DNA of 64,000 nucleotides from Eledone cirrhosa (taxonomy: Eukaryota): the NCBI GenBank assembly GCA_964016885.1, contig OZ024744.1, forward strand, positions 46,500,001 through 46,564,000, in the 5' to 3' direction. The notes under the pieces were generated by a model. The model worked only from the letters and a program-made list of their open reading frames with translations. It was not told the DNA's origin and searched no databases. The translations under genes and the position numbers were made by a program. The first letter of the stretch is position 1. Each line of letters opens with the position of its first letter. This document shows positions 36,516-50,147 of this stretch, one piece after another.

Positions 36516-36674
36516 AATATACAAGTGACAGAGGGAGTTTGGTCCATTTGTGTTTGACCTGGTGTATATATCTATATATCAGTGATAATGAATCTAATAA
36601 CTGATTCCCTGTATTTGTAATGTTATTTGTATATATACATGTAGGTTTACTATGATGTTGTTTATATATTCTAG

Positions 36675-36734
36675 GTGACCATATTACCGTGTACCCTCCC
36701 AGTGCTGCAATGAAGCCTGAAACTACTCAAAAGA
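36675..36734 (+). CDS. 60-nt repeat exon, subtype B, DHITVYPPSAAMKPETTQK
   Basis: tag|...|gtaagt. Confidence 0.6.
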
Positions 36735-37565
36735 GTAAGTTATAATCTAAACATCATGTAATAAGTTATTCTGTATTTTATTTAGGTTTTCAACAGTAAA
36801 TTTACAACTACTTAATTCAGTCATCAATATCAAACTCTATATTAGAAACTCCATAACATAATCCGGAATAAACATTTTATTGACTTCCTCAAAGACCTTG
36901 TAATGATGACAAAAGTATAGCTAGACTTTTTTAGGGCATTATCATAGATAGCTGAGAAAGAATCACATTACATGTGGTTCAAATGAGAAGATAAATGTTG
37001 CACTACATTCATTGAGTTAGATTGAATTATTTCAGAGATCAGTATTCTCTTCTTTATCAAAACTTTATTCTACAGTTCATCACAATTTCTTGTCACCCTT
37101 CATTGTTCATACGCTGCATCTTCTTCTACAGTACATCAGCCAGTACCCTAAATATTTGGTTAAACCACTATATATATCTGATCTTCAGGACCAGTGGGAA
37201 ACTGTAGAATATTTCTCTCACAATTCTAGACATCTCACATATGACTAGCCACACTTTACTGTTTGTACATATATAACTGAACTGATGTTGGTATTATGTG
37301 TATGTTGATGTATACATATAGGTCTATTGGGTTGTATATTAATTTATTGTGTACCTGTTTGGGTGTGTTTCTCCAGTGATGCATTTTTGAGTGTGTGTGA
37401 GCCCTGTTTGTGTTTGTGTGAGTGTGAGTTTGTGTGTGTGCAATCTCTGTGCATGTGTATGTAAGAATACATTTTCTTTATTAGGACTGTTGCCATGATT
37501 ATAGAAAATTTAGTAGTAAATGTATATTGACGGATCTAAGCAGTTGTCGTACTGAATCATTTGAC

Positions 37566-40500
37566 TCATCATCATCATCATCATCCTCGTTTAACGTCCA
37601 TCTTCCACGCTTGCATGGGTTTGGACGGGAGTTTTCCCACTTGAGGCAAGATTGGTTGTCCTGCTCATATAGGACTATCTGGCGGGTTTTCTACGGCTGG
37701 ATGCCCTTCCTAACACCAACCACGTTTACAGTGTGGATAGGGAGTTTTTACCGTGTTACCTACACGGCCACATTACAGCGTGGACTGTGTGTTTTTTCGT
37801 CGTGACACCTACACGAACTCATTTATTTCGGACTGGATGTTGTGGTACCTCATAACTTCACATTTAAGGGGGTGGTGTGGATAGGGTGGAGGTAGTGGGA
37901 CGGGGTTGTATTTTTGTTAGAGGTCCCTACTGACTGTAGGTTTCGCGTTGTACTTAGGAAAGGCAGGTCTTCTGTATAACTGTGTAGCGCCAAAGATCTC
38001 GGTCCAGTGACATTGTCTTGGAGAGGTGTAAGTGTGTGAGGTCGGAATTGATCAAGTCGTCCCAGGTTTTTCTGGGTCTGCCTACTCCGTGGCTATCATC
38101 TATTTTTATCGCCCTGCACTTTTTTATACAGCTGTCGTCTTTCATGCGCATCACTTGACCGTACCAACGTAGTCTTCTCTCGAGTAAACAACATAGCTGA
38201 TCCCTCTTATTCCTAATTTCTTCCTTAGTTCATTTATGCTTTGCCGTTCACATATATTACTATTACACATCCAGCGGAGCATGCAAGCTTCGTTTCTCTC
38301 CAGTCTGCGTATATCCTCTGCACACAATGCCCAGATATCACTGCCATGTAACATGCTGTTCGTATGCAGGCATCATACAGCCTGCCTTTCATTTTTAGAG
38401 AGAAACCTTTAGCGGCTAATAGTGGTATAAGCTCTCTGAACTTTTTCCATCCCATTCTGACTCTAGCTACTATACTTTCAGAGCACCCTCCCCCACTGCT
38501 GATTTTGTCACCCAGGTAACGGAAGGTGTCCACTATTTCTATAGAACCATCTGTGCAATGGAATGAGCTAGTATTCTGTGGGAACTTGCTGCTACTTATT
38601 GCTCCAGAGCACCAGCCACATATTAAATCTATATTCTTAGTTAGCTTACCTGTGATCCCACTACATCTTTTATGCACCCATACTTTTCATTTGGGATATA
38701 AAATGGAGTTTCTGCCTACTCCTTTCCTACACACTGAGCATGGCCATTTCCCAGATGGGACTGGTGCCCTATTTTCCTTCCTACAAAGTAGGACTTTAGT
38801 CTCAGACAAGTTAACTTTAAGGCCTTTTGATTCTAGGCCATGCTTCCATGTTTGGAATTTCTTCTCTAGTTCAGCCATTGATTCAGCTATGAGCATTAGA
38901 TCATCTGCATATAGGTGTTCCCATGGGCAGCCGGTCTTGAACTCCTCTGTTATAGCCTGAAGGGCAATAATAAATAGTAGGGGGCTAAGAACAGAGCCCT
39001 GATGAACACCAACTATTACGCTAAACTCTTCACTATATTTGTTGTTAATTCTAACCTTGCTGACTTTTTCTTTATACATGGCTTGTATAGCTCTCACAAG
39101 CCATTCATCAACACCTAGTTTTCTAAGAGCCCACCAGATAATGGAACGGGGGACTCTGTCAAAAGCTTTCTCCAAATCAACAAAAGCTAAGTATAGGGGT
39201 TTACTTTTAGCTAGGTACTTCTCCTGTAGTTGTCGTACAATGAAAAGAGCGTCTGTGGTACTTTTACCTGACACAAACCTGAACTGCATTTCATCTAGAT
39301 CAATTCGTTCTCTGATTAGTTGCGCTATTACTTTTTCTGTGACCTTCATGACCTGGTCGATTAATTTAATGCCTCTATAGTTACCCCTATCTAGGGCATC
39401 TCATTTATCCTTGTAGCAGTTAATGATGATGCTGCTACGCCAGTCCTTCGGAACGGCCCCATTCTATATGACTTGGTTTACTATCCGGGTGACCATAGTG
39501 TGTCCCACCGTTCCAGATATTTCAGCATTTCAGCAACTATTTCCGAAGGCCCAGCCGCCTTACCCATCTTCATATCTTTGATTGCCTTACTTATTATACT
39601 ACCTTAAACTAGCACTGCTGGTCCCTCTATTGGATTGATGTGGCAGAGACTGTCTTTCTCCAATTTATTCTCCTCATTTAGTAGCCTTTCATAGTGACAC
39701 TTCTAAGCTACCTTCTTATCAGAGTCAGTGATGGCAAGTACACCATCATCATTAAGGACACACTTCTCCCCGACAATATCACGGTTTTCCTGAACACCTC
39801 ACGTTTCTGGTCCTCGCATTGTAGAACATGCTTGAATTTTCTTTCCTCTGCTTCCCTTCTTGCAAAGTACACTTGTCTCCTAGTTTCCCTCCTGGCCACT
39901 TGATAGTCTTCTCTACTTCCCCCATCCGGTCATACTCTCAAAGCCTGCTTTTTGGCCTTAATTGACTCCTCCACCTTACTGTTCCACCACCACGTTACTC
40001 TCCTCCTGCCTATAGGCATGCTCCAGCCACAGATTTCATCTGCCGCCTTCAGCAGGTTAGCTCTCAGGAATTCCCATTGTTCCTCTATATTGTACGACTC
40101 TAATTGCTCTTCCTTACTGTCGAAAGCATCAAATAATATGCTTTTAAATTTATTACTGGCTGTGGGTTCCTTTATCTTCCATATTTTTCTCCTTAGAATA
40201 ATCCTCTTCTGTCATCGTGTACGTCTCGTCCTGACTATGAGGTCACTAATTATGAGTCTATGTTGAGAGGTGCATTCTTCATGGGGGAGGGATTTAGTAT
40301 TTACAACAGACACTCTGTCACGTCTTCTGGTAAGGATATAATCTACCTGGCTGGTATGTTCTCCTGATCTGTAGGTGATCAAGTGATTGTCTCGTTTTTT
40401 TAAGTTAATGTTACAGATAGTTAGGTTATTTGCGTCTCAGAATTCCAGGATTCTGGAGCCTTCCTCAATTCTAGTACCAAACCCATAGCCTCCATGGATT

Positions 40501-41200
40501 CCGTCATTACCGTCACAATGTTGTCCAACATGACCATTTAGGTCATCAGCAATAATTATATAGTCACTGTCGGTTATTTGGGAGGTAGTGAGCATCAGTG
40601 TCTCATAGAATGTGTCTTTTATAGTGCCAGGCAGTCCAGATTGGGGTGCGTACGCAGATATTACTGTCACAGTAGTTCTATTTAGAACAAGTCTTATTTT
40701 AATTATTCTGTCTTTCACTCTATTTACGTCTATTATCTTATCCACCCATTTTTCTGCTAACATGATTCCTACCCCACCCAGCCCATTATCACCCCCCCCC
40801 CCCCTCCCCACCGAAAAGCTTATAGCATCGTTTTTTACCCACAATGAATCTAGCAGACCCGCCCCTCCACCTAGTCTCTTGGATACAGCACATCAACCTC
40901 CTTACATTCAAGCATTTCTACAACCTCGTTAGAGCGACCTTTTAAGGTGCCTACATTCATGGTACCAACTCTGAAGTTTTGTATTGCGTTTGGTGGGTGG
41001 GAACGGTGGGCGTAGGGAGGGGTGAGGGGAATGGGGTTGGGTTTATGTGGGCCATTCGCGGCCGAAACAAAGACGGGGAGTCCTTGCCTTTTCGTCCGGC
41101 AGCATGAGGTGAATTTGTTTTTATATTTGGCATTGTCACTGAGTGTCCAGATTTTCAGACTCTCTAGAATTCCATAGTCCATCCATCATATCGAAAAGCA
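37566..41200 (-). mobile_element. Near full-length degenerate RTE-A LINE (APE + RT)
   Basis: RVGTMNVGTL, GVGIML, ISAYAPQ, DLNGHVG endonuclease motifs at 40437-41000; RT at 38687-39349; (CAT)n tail. Confidence 0.93.
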
Positions 41201-42057
41201 ACCAGAAGTGATAGCATAGGCCGCTGACTTATGATTGGTCCTAATAATAATGGTGGGGGGGGGGGGTATGGTGTAGTTAGCAAGAGGGTTTAAATAAAAT
41301 CTTCGAATTTTGGGCATAATTGGACAAGCATATAACAGTAATATTAAGCGAATAATGGGATTTTAAAATACAAGAAGATTATTTAGAACAACCAGACAGA
41401 ATTATAGAATAGCATTGAGAGATAGCAAAGGATTGGATTCTGGGCGATGATACGGATATATGAATGAATGGACCGATAGGCTGGAGAGACAAGAGAAAAA
41501 TGGCATTTACATTACATTTCGCAGGGGGGGGGGGGGACGAGTTCTGACGATTAATAAGCATTGACAAATTCTGCGATTCGTACCTCGTAACAGGTTTATT
41601 TATATTTGGTGAGAGAAGGGAGTGATTGAAAGGGTGAACTAGCTGGCGCGTAATACGATATAGTGGGGGGGGGGGGGTAAAGATTAAGAGGGACAAGGAG
41701 GCCATTTTATAAATCCTAGAATTTTTCGGCCAAAATTAAACAAACGAGATTGTTATTTTAGAAAAACAAATGGGGCATTTTACGAGAGGGTTTAAATAAA
41801 ATCTTCGAATTTTGGGCATAATTGGACAAGCATATAACAGTAATAATAACTGAATAATGGGATTTTTAAAAAATACAAGAAGATTATTTAGAACAACCAG
41901 ACAGAATTATAGCAAGAGGGTTTAAATAAAATATTCGAAATGGCAGGGGCAGTAGGAGTGTGGTACATATGTGTTTGGACCTAATGTATATATGTATATA
42001 TCAGAGATAATGAATCTAATAACTGATCCTTTATTTGTAATGTTATTGGTATATATA

Positions 42058-42500
42058 GACCCAAGATGACCTGGGATGAGGTGATAAAAGCCGACCTTAC
42101 ACAATTACACCTCTCAAAGGCGATGAAACACGACCGTGACCTCTAGCGTCACGCAGTAATACAGAGTACCCGACCTCCCATGGGTACAAGCTGAAGCATA
42201 TAGACAATATTCCCCCACACCCCCCACCGCAAGGTGGTCGTGGAGGTGCCACGGCAAAAAAGCACCCAGCCCACACTGTAAAGTGGACGTGTAGGTGCCA
42301 CGAAAAAGCACCCAGCACTTACTGTAAATGAGGTTGGTGTTAGGAAGGGCACCCAGCTGTAGAAATCAAGCCAAATCAGTTCCTGTATGAGCAAGGCATG
42401 GTCAGCCGACCAGACACTGCCCACAACAGGACAACCCGTCTAACCCATGCTAGCGTGGAAGAACGGACGTAAAACGGTGATGATGATGATTATGATGATG
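42058..42500 (+). mobile_element. RTE family B 3' fragment
   Basis: Matches 52879-53320. Confidence 0.85.
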
Positions 42501-42544
42501 ATATCTACATGTAGGTTTACTATGATTTTGTTTATATATTCTAG

Positions 42545-42604
42545 GTGACCATATTACACAATCTGCTCGCATTGCTTCAATGGAGCCAAAATCAACTAAA
42601 AAGG
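42545..42604 (+). CDS. 60-nt repeat exon DHITQSARIASMEPKSTKK
   Basis: tag|...|gtaagt. Confidence 0.6.
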
Positions 42605-42855
42605 GTAAGTTATAGTTTGAACATCATCTAATAAGTTATTCATTAATTTATCCTTTCTCTCTATCATCATCATCATCATCATCAACGTTTAACGTCCGTG
42701 TTCCACGCTTGCATGGGTTATAAATATATGTATATATATATATATATGCCAGGGACAGAGGGAGTTTGGTCCATTTCTGGACCTGGTGTATATATGTATA
42801 TGTCAGAGATAATGAATGTAATAATTGTTTCCTGTATTTGTAATGTTATTTGTAT

Positions 42856-43260
42856 CCGACCTTACCCAACTACACCTCTCAAAGTCAATGACACACGACC
42901 GTGACTTCTGGCGTCACGCAGTAATACAGGGTACCCGACCTCCCATGGGTACATGCTGAAGCATATAAACAATATGCCCCCCCCCCCCACCGCAAGGTGG
43001 TCGTGGAGGTGCCACGGCAAAAAAGCACCCAGCCCACACTGTAAAGTGGACGTGTAGGCGCCACGAAAAAGCACCCAGCACTCACTGTAAATGAGGTTGG
43101 TGTTAGGAAGGGCATCCAGCTGTAGAAATCAAGCCAGATCAGTTCCTGTATGAGCAAGGCATGGTCAGCCGACCAGACACTGCCCACAACAGGACAACCC
43201 GTCTAACCCATGCTAGCGTGGAAGAACGGACGTAAAACGGTGATGATGATGATGATGATG
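42856..43260 (+). mobile_element. RTE family B 3' fragment
   Basis: Matches 52913-53320. Confidence 0.85.
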
Positions 43261-43298
43261 ACATGTAGGTTTACTATGATGTTGTTTATATATTCTAG

Positions 43299-43358
43299 GT
43301 GACCATATTACAGTGTCCCCTCACTGTGTTGCAATGAAGCCTGAAACTACTCAAAAGA
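43299..43358 (+). CDS. 60-nt repeat exon, subtype B, DHITVSPHCVAMKPETTQK
   Basis: tag|...|gtaagt. Confidence 0.6.
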
Positions 43359-44070
43359 GTAAGTTATAATTTAAACATCATGTAATAAGTGATTCAGTAA
43401 CTTATTTAGGTTTTCATCAGTAAATTTATAACTATTTAATTCAGTCAACAATATCAAACTCTATATTACAAACTCCATAACATAATCCAGAATAAACAAT
43501 TTATTGACTTCCTGAATGACCTTGTAATGATGACAAAAGTATAGCTAGACTTTTTTAGGGCATTATCAGAGATAGCTGAGAAAGAATGACATTACAGGTG
43601 ATTCAAATGAGAAGATAAATGTTGCACTAGATTCATTGACGTAGATTGAATTATTTAAGAGATGAGTATTCTTTTCTTTATCAAAACTTTATCCTACAGT
43701 TCTTCACAATTTCTGGTAACCCTCCATTGTTCATACGCTGCATCCTCTTCACCAGTACATCAGCCAGTACCCTAAATATTTGGGTAAACCACTATATATA
43801 TCTGATCTTCAGCACCAGTGGGAAACTGTAGAATATTTCTCTCATAATTCTAGACATCTCACATATGACTAGCCACACTTTACTCCTTTTGGAAGTTTTA
43901 GATTTGTGGGATAAGTAAGCATGTCATTGAGAGAACAAACCGTATAATTTGATCTAGTTGATTAAAATAAATGACAACTCATTCTACCCTTTATTCAACT
44001 TGGCAACAAACTCTTCTCAAGAAAGCCTTCTAGCTTTTATTATTCTTTTCTTCTGTATATTTTTTTCCAG

Positions 44071-44136
44071 GTGTGACTCCTGTAGAGATCTTTGTCTCTG
44101 ACTCAGGCACACACAAAAGAGGTGGATCAAATGAAA
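44071..44136 (+). CDS. 66-nt exon, type C, VTPVEIFVSDSGTHKRGGSNE
   Basis: Strong pyrimidine tract ttttttccag|...|gtaagt, phase 1, open frame. Confidence 0.6.
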
Positions 44137-44588
44137 GTAAGTTGTATTTCAAACCCATTCCTACCAGTTAGTACAGAAAACTATTACACTGTTTCAACAT
44201 TATATCAAATTGACGTTATATTGTATATTTGTATACATGGAAGTTTATGTAATGTTTATGGTGGACCTAATGAATAAATTTGCGTGTACATATATAAGTG
44301 AAGTGATGTTGGTATTATGTGTATGTTGATGTATACATATAGGTATATTGGGTTGTATATTAATTCATTGTATACCTGTTTGGGTGTGTTTCTCCGGTGA
44401 TGCATTTTTGAGTGTGTGTGAGCCCTGTTTGTGTTTGTGTGAGTGTGAGTTTGTGTCTGTGCAATCTCTGTGTGTGTGTATGTAAGAATAAATTTGCTTT
44501 ATTTGGACTGTTGCCATGATCAGAGAAAATTTAGTAGTAAATGTATATTTACGGATTTAAGCAGTTGGCGTCCTGACTCCTTTAACAG

Positions 44589-44633
44589 TGTCCCCTCCCA
44601 GTGCTGCAATGAAACCTGAAACTACTCAAAAGA
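44589..44633 (+). CDS. 45-nt deletion-derived exon SPPSAAMKPETTQK
   Basis: ctgactcctttaacag|...|gtaagt; same phase and frame as the 60-nt exons. Confidence 0.4.
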
Positions 44634-45347
44634 GTAAGTTATAATTTAAAAATCATGTAATAAGTTATTCAGTAACATATTTAGGTTTTCAATAGTAAAT
44701 TTATAACTACTTAATTCAGTCAACAATATCAAACTCTATATTACAAACTCCAGAACATAACATAATCCAGAATAAACATTTTATTGACTTCCTCAAAGAC
44801 CTTGTAATGATGACAAAAGTATAGCTAGACTTATTTAGGGGATTATCAGAGATAGCTGAGAAAGAATGACATTACAGGTGATTCAAATGAGAAGATAAAT
44901 GTTGCACTAGATTCATTGAGGTAGATTGAATTATTACAGAGATCAGTATTCTCTTCTTTATCAAAACTTTATCCTACAGTTCTTCACGATTTCTTGTCGC
45001 CCTTCATTGTTCATATGCTGCATCCTCTTCTCCACTGCATCAGCGAGTACCCCAAATATTTGGTTAAACCGCTATATATATCTGATCTTCAGAACCAGTG
45101 GGAAACTAGAATATTTCTCTCATAATTCTAGACATCCCACATATGACTAGCCACACTTTACTCCTTTTGGAAGTTTTAGATTTGTGGGATAAGTAAGCAT
45201 GTCATTGAGAGAACAAACCGTGCACTTTGATCTAGTTGATTAAATAAATCACAACTCATTCTACCCTTTCCTTAACTTGACAACAAACTCTTCTCAAGAA
45301 AGCCTTCTAGCTTTTATTATTCTTTTCTTCTGTATATTTTTTTCCAG

Positions 45348-45413
45348 GTGTGACTCCTGTAGAGATCTTTGTCTCTGAATCAGGCACACACAAAAGATGT
45401 GGATCAAAAGAAT
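45348..45413 (+). CDS. 66-nt exon, type C, VTPVEIFVSESGTHKRCGSKE
   Basis: ttttccag|...|gtaagt. Confidence 0.6.
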
Positions 45414-46042
45414 GTAAGTTGTATTTCAAACCCATTCCTACCAGTTGGTACAGAAAACTATTACACGTGTTTCAACATTAATATCAAATTGACGTTATAT
45501 TGTATATTTGTATACATGGAAGTTTATGTAATGTGTATGGTGGACCTAATGAATAAAATAGTGTGTACATATATAAGTGAAGTGATGTTGGTATTATGTG
45601 TATGTTGATGTATACATATAGGTATATTGGGTTTTATATTAATTTATTGTGTACCTGTTTGGGTGTGTTTCTCCGGTGATGCTTTTTTGAGTGTGTGTGA
45701 GCCCTGTTTGTGTTTGTGTGAGTGTGAGGTTCTGTGTCTGCAATCTGTGTGTGTGTGTATGTAAGAATAAATTTGCTTCATTAGGACTGTTGCCATGATT
45801 ATAGAAAATTTATTAATAAATGTATATTTACGGATCTAAGCAGTTGGCGTACTGAATCCTTTCACTATATATAAATATATATAAAAATGGCAGGGGCAGC
45901 GGGAGTTTGGTCCATATGTGTTTGGACCTGGTGTATATATGTATATATCAGAGATAATGAATCTAATAACTGTTTCCTGTATTTGTAATGTTATTTGTAT
46001 ATATACATGTAGGTTTACTATGATGTTGTTTATATATTCTAG

Positions 46043-46102
46043 GTGACCATATTACAGTGTCCCCTCACTGTGTTGCAATGAAGCCTGAAACTACTCAAAA
46101 GA
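46043..46102 (+). CDS. 60-nt subtype B exon with weak donor
   Basis: tag|...|gtactg; donor reshaped by a downstream deletion. Confidence 0.4.
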
Positions 46103-46296
46103 GTACTGAATCCTTTCACTATATATAAATATATATAAAAATGGCAGGGGCAGCGGGAGTTTGGTCCATGTGTGTTTGGACCTGGTGTATATATGTATAT
46201 ATCAGAGATAATGAATCTAATAACTGTTTCCTGTATTTGTAAATTTATTTGTATATATACATGTAGATTTACTATGATTTTCTTTATATATTCTAG

Positions 46297-46356
46297 GTGC
46301 CCATAGTACACTGTCCCCTCGCATTGCTTCAATGGAGCCAAAATCAACTGAAAACG
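46297..46356 (+). CDS. 60-nt repeat exon AHSTLSPRIASMEPKSTEN
   Basis: tag|...|gtaagt. Confidence 0.6.
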
Positions 46357-46927
46357 GTAAGTTATAATTTGAACATCATCTATAAGTTATTCAGTAATTT
46401 ATCCCTTCTCTCTATATATAAATATATGTAAGAGTATGGCATGTATGTATACGTACGTACATATATGTATACAGACGTACAGTAGTATGTATATATATAC
46501 ATACATGCATACATATATATATATGCACGTATTGGTTTATCAAACATTTATTATGTACAGTGTTTAGGCAACCACGTCACCTTTTGTTCAACACTGACAC
46601 AGGAACGATGTACTGATTTCAAGCTTATTAGCTATCATCAGCATCGTATACCTTCCTGCCAGTTGGTTGAACGTCTGAAAGTATATACTTTCCTTATGCA
46701 TATTAATGGCTGAGCAGCCTAATTTGCATATCGAGTGAGTTCAGTTGTCCGGGCGCACCGAAAACGATAAATGGAATAGAATGAAACGAAATTTCATTTC
46801 TCACTCTTAGTACGGCATTTACTTAAATGTTAGTATGTATGTATGTATACGTACATACATATGTGTATGTATACGTACATACATATATGTATACAGACGT
46901 ACAGTAGTATGTATATATATACATATG

Positions 46928-47268
46928 TAGGCACATGGCTTAGTGGTTAGAGCATTGGCCTTGCAATCGAAAGGTTGTGAGTTCAATTCTCAGACCGGGT
47001 GATGTGTTGTTTCCTTGAGCAAGACATTTTATTTCAGATTGCTCCAGTTTACCTCAGCTGTAGAAATGAGATGATATAGACTGGGGTCCATATCATTCCA
47101 CTGCAAAGTGGTCGTGGAGGTGCTATGGCAAAGAAGCACCCAGCACTCACTGTCAATGATGTTGGTGTTAGGAAGGGCATCCGGCTGTAGAAATCAAGCC
47201 AGAATCAGTTCCCGTCCCACCCTTGCCAACAGGGAAAAAGCGGACGTAAAATGATATGATGATGATGA
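46928..47268 (+). mobile_element. CORE-type SINE
   Basis: Same family, more diverged. Confidence 0.8.
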
Positions 47269-47681
47269 TACATACATGCACACATAAATATATGCACGTA
47301 TCGGTTTACCGAACATTTATGATAATGCTCGGTTTGTTTGTTTGTAAACAAACAAACAGCCCGAATTACGCCATACAGTGTTTAGGAATACTACTGTACG
47401 TCTGTATACATATATGTATGTACATATACATACATGCATACTTACATTTAAGTAAGTGCCGTACTAAGAGTGAGAAATGAAATTTCGTTTCATTGTATTC
47501 TATAAATATATGTATATATATATATATGCCAGGGACAGAGGGAGTTTGGTCCATATGTGTTTGCACCTGGTGTATATATGTATATATCAGAGATAATGAA
47601 TCTTATAACTGTTTCCTGTATTTGTAATGTTATTTGTATATATACGTGTAGGTTTACTATGATGTTGTTTATATATTCTAG

Positions 47682-47741
47682 GTGACCATATTACCGTGTA
47701 CCCTCCCAGTGTTGCAATGAAGCCTGAAACTACTCAAAAGA
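47682..47741 (+). CDS. 60-nt subtype B exon DHITVYPPSVAMKPETTQK
   Basis: tag|...|gtaagt. Confidence 0.6.
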
Positions 47742-48420
47742 GTAAGTTATAATTTAAATATCATGTAATAAGTTATTCAGTAACTTATTTAGGTTTTCAA
47801 CAGTAAATTTATAACTACTTAATTCAGTCAACAATATCAAACTCTATATTACAAACTCCATAAAATAATCCAGAATAAACATTTTATTGACTTCCTCAAA
47901 GACCTTGTAATGATGACAAAAGTATAACTAGACTTTTTTAGGGCATTATCAGAGATAGCTGAGAAAGAATGACATTTTATTTTGTTCAAATGAGAAGATA
48001 AATGTTACACTACATTCATGAGGTAGATTGAATTATTTCAGAGATCAGTATTCTCTTCTTTATCAAAATTTTATCCTACAGTTCTTCACAATTTCTTGTC
48101 GCCCTTCATTGTTCATACGCTGCATCCTCTTCTCCACTACATCATCCACTACCCTAAATATTTGGTTATACCTCTATATATATCTGTTCTTCAGCACCAG
48201 TGGGAAACTAGAATATTTCTCTCATAATTCTAGACATCCCACATATGACTAACCACACTTTACTCCTTTTGGAAGTTTTAGATTTGTGGGATAAGTAAGC
48301 ATGACATTGACAATACAAACCGTATAAATGGATCTAGTGGATTAAATAAATGAAAACTTATTCTACCCTTTCTTCAACTTGACAACAAACTCTTCTAAAG
48401 AAAGCCCGCTAGCTTTTATT

Positions 48421-48606
48421 GGTGAATTGGCAGTATCAGTAGAGGGTCGGACGTCATGCTTTGACTATTAGAGTTACGGTCCTTGCCATTCTGAGTTCAA
48501 ATCCCACCGAGGTCAACTTTGCCTTTCATCCTTACGGGGTCAATTAAAATAAAATACCATTAATGTACTGGGTAATTTGCTGGCCGTGTGCCAAATGTAG
48601 AAACCA
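48421..48606 (+). mobile_element. Second tRNA-SINE family copy
   Basis: Homologous to 36018-36186; absent from paralogous introns at ~44035 and ~45315. Confidence 0.75.
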
Positions 48607-48637
48607 TTATTATTTTCTTCCGTATATTTTTTTCCAG

Positions 48638-48703
48638 GTATGACTCTTGCAACGATTTTTGTCTCTCAAAAAGACACACTTATCAAAGGTGGATCAAAAG
48701 AAA
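48638..48703 (+). CDS. 66-nt exon, type C, MTLATIFVSQKDTLIKGGSKE
   Basis: ttttccag|...|gtaagt; diverged but same length and frame. Confidence 0.6.
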
Positions 48704-49333
48704 GTAAGTTGTATTTCAAACACATTTTCTACCCAGTTAGTACAGAATACTATTACACGTGTTTCAACATTAATATCAAATTGACGTTATATTGTATATT
48801 TGTATACATGGAAGTTTATGTAATGTGTATGGTGGAACTAATGAATAAAATAGTGTGTACATATATAAGTGAAGTGATGTTGGTATTATGTGTATGTTGA
48901 TGTATACATATAGGTATATTGGGTTGTATATAAATTCATTGTGTACTTGTTTGGGTGCGTTTGTCCGGTGATGCTATTTTTAGTGTGTGTCAGCTCTGTT
49001 TGTGTTTGTGTGAGTGTGAGATTCTGTGTGTACAATCTCTGTGTGTGTGTATGTAAGAATAAATTTGCTTTATTAGGACTGTTGCCATGATTATAGAAAA
49101 TTTAGTAGTAAATGTATATTTACGGAGCTAACTAGTTGGCCTCCTGAATCCTTTCACTATATATAATTATATATATATGTATATATATATATATATAAAT
49201 GGCAAGGGAAGTGGGAGTTTAGTCCATTTATGTTTAGATCTGGTGTAATGAATCTAATAACTGTTTCCTGTATTTGTAATGTTATTTGTATATATACATG
49301 TAGGTTTACTATGACTTTGTTTATATATTCTAG

Positions 49334-49393
49334 GTGACCATATTACAGTGTCCCCTCGCAGTGCTTCAATCAAGCCAAAATCAACTGAAAAGG
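49334..49393 (+). CDS. 60-nt repeat exon DHITVSPRSASIKPKSTEK
   Basis: tag|...|gtaagt. Confidence 0.6.
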
Positions 49394-49657
49394 GTAAGTT
49401 ATAATTTGAACCTCATCTAATATGTTATTTAGTAATTTATCCTTTCTCTCTATATATAAATATATATATATATATAAATATATGTATAGATATATATATA
49501 TATGCCAGGGACAGTGGGAGGTTGGTCCATCTGTGTTTGGACCTGGTGCATATATGTATATATCAGAGATAATGAATCTAATAACTGTTTCCTGTATTTG
49601 TAATGTTATTTGTATATATACATGTAGGTTTACTATGATTTTGTTTATATATTCTAG

Positions 49658-49717
49658 GTGACCATATTACAGTGTCCCCTCGCATTGCTTCAATGGAGCA
49701 AAAATCATCTAAAAAGG
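49658..49717 (+). CDS. 60-nt repeat exon DHITVSPRIASMEQKSSKK
   Basis: tag|...|gtaagt. Confidence 0.6.
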
Positions 49718-49957
49718 GTAAGTTATAATTTGAACATCATGTAATATATTCAGTAATTTATCCTTTCTCTCTATATATAAATATATGTATATATATATAT
49801 ATATGCCAGGTACAGAGGGACTTTAGTAATTTGTGTTTGGACCTAGTGTATATATGTATATATCAGAGACAATGAATCTAATAACTGTTTCCTGTATTTG
49901 TAATGTTATTTGTATATATACATGTAGGTTTACTATGATTTTGTTTATATATTCTAG

Positions 49958-50017
49958 GTGACCATATTACAGTGTCCCCTCGCATTTCTTCAATGGAGCC
50001 AAAATCAACTAAAATAC
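49958..50017 (+). CDS. 60-nt repeat exon DHITVSPRISSMEPKSTKI
   Basis: tag|...|gtaagt. Confidence 0.6.
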
Positions 50018-50147
50018 GTAAGTTATAATTTGAATAGCATCTAATAAGTCATACAATAATTTTGTCCTTTCACTATATATATATATATATATATATAAAT
50101 GGCGGAGATAGCGGGAGTTTGGTCCATTTGTGTTTGGACCTTGTGTA

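Noticed and set aside
43559-43597. Candidate 39-nt exon (ttttag|ggcatt..acag|gtgatt)
   Set aside because: Stops in all three frames and the donor is not conserved among paralogs
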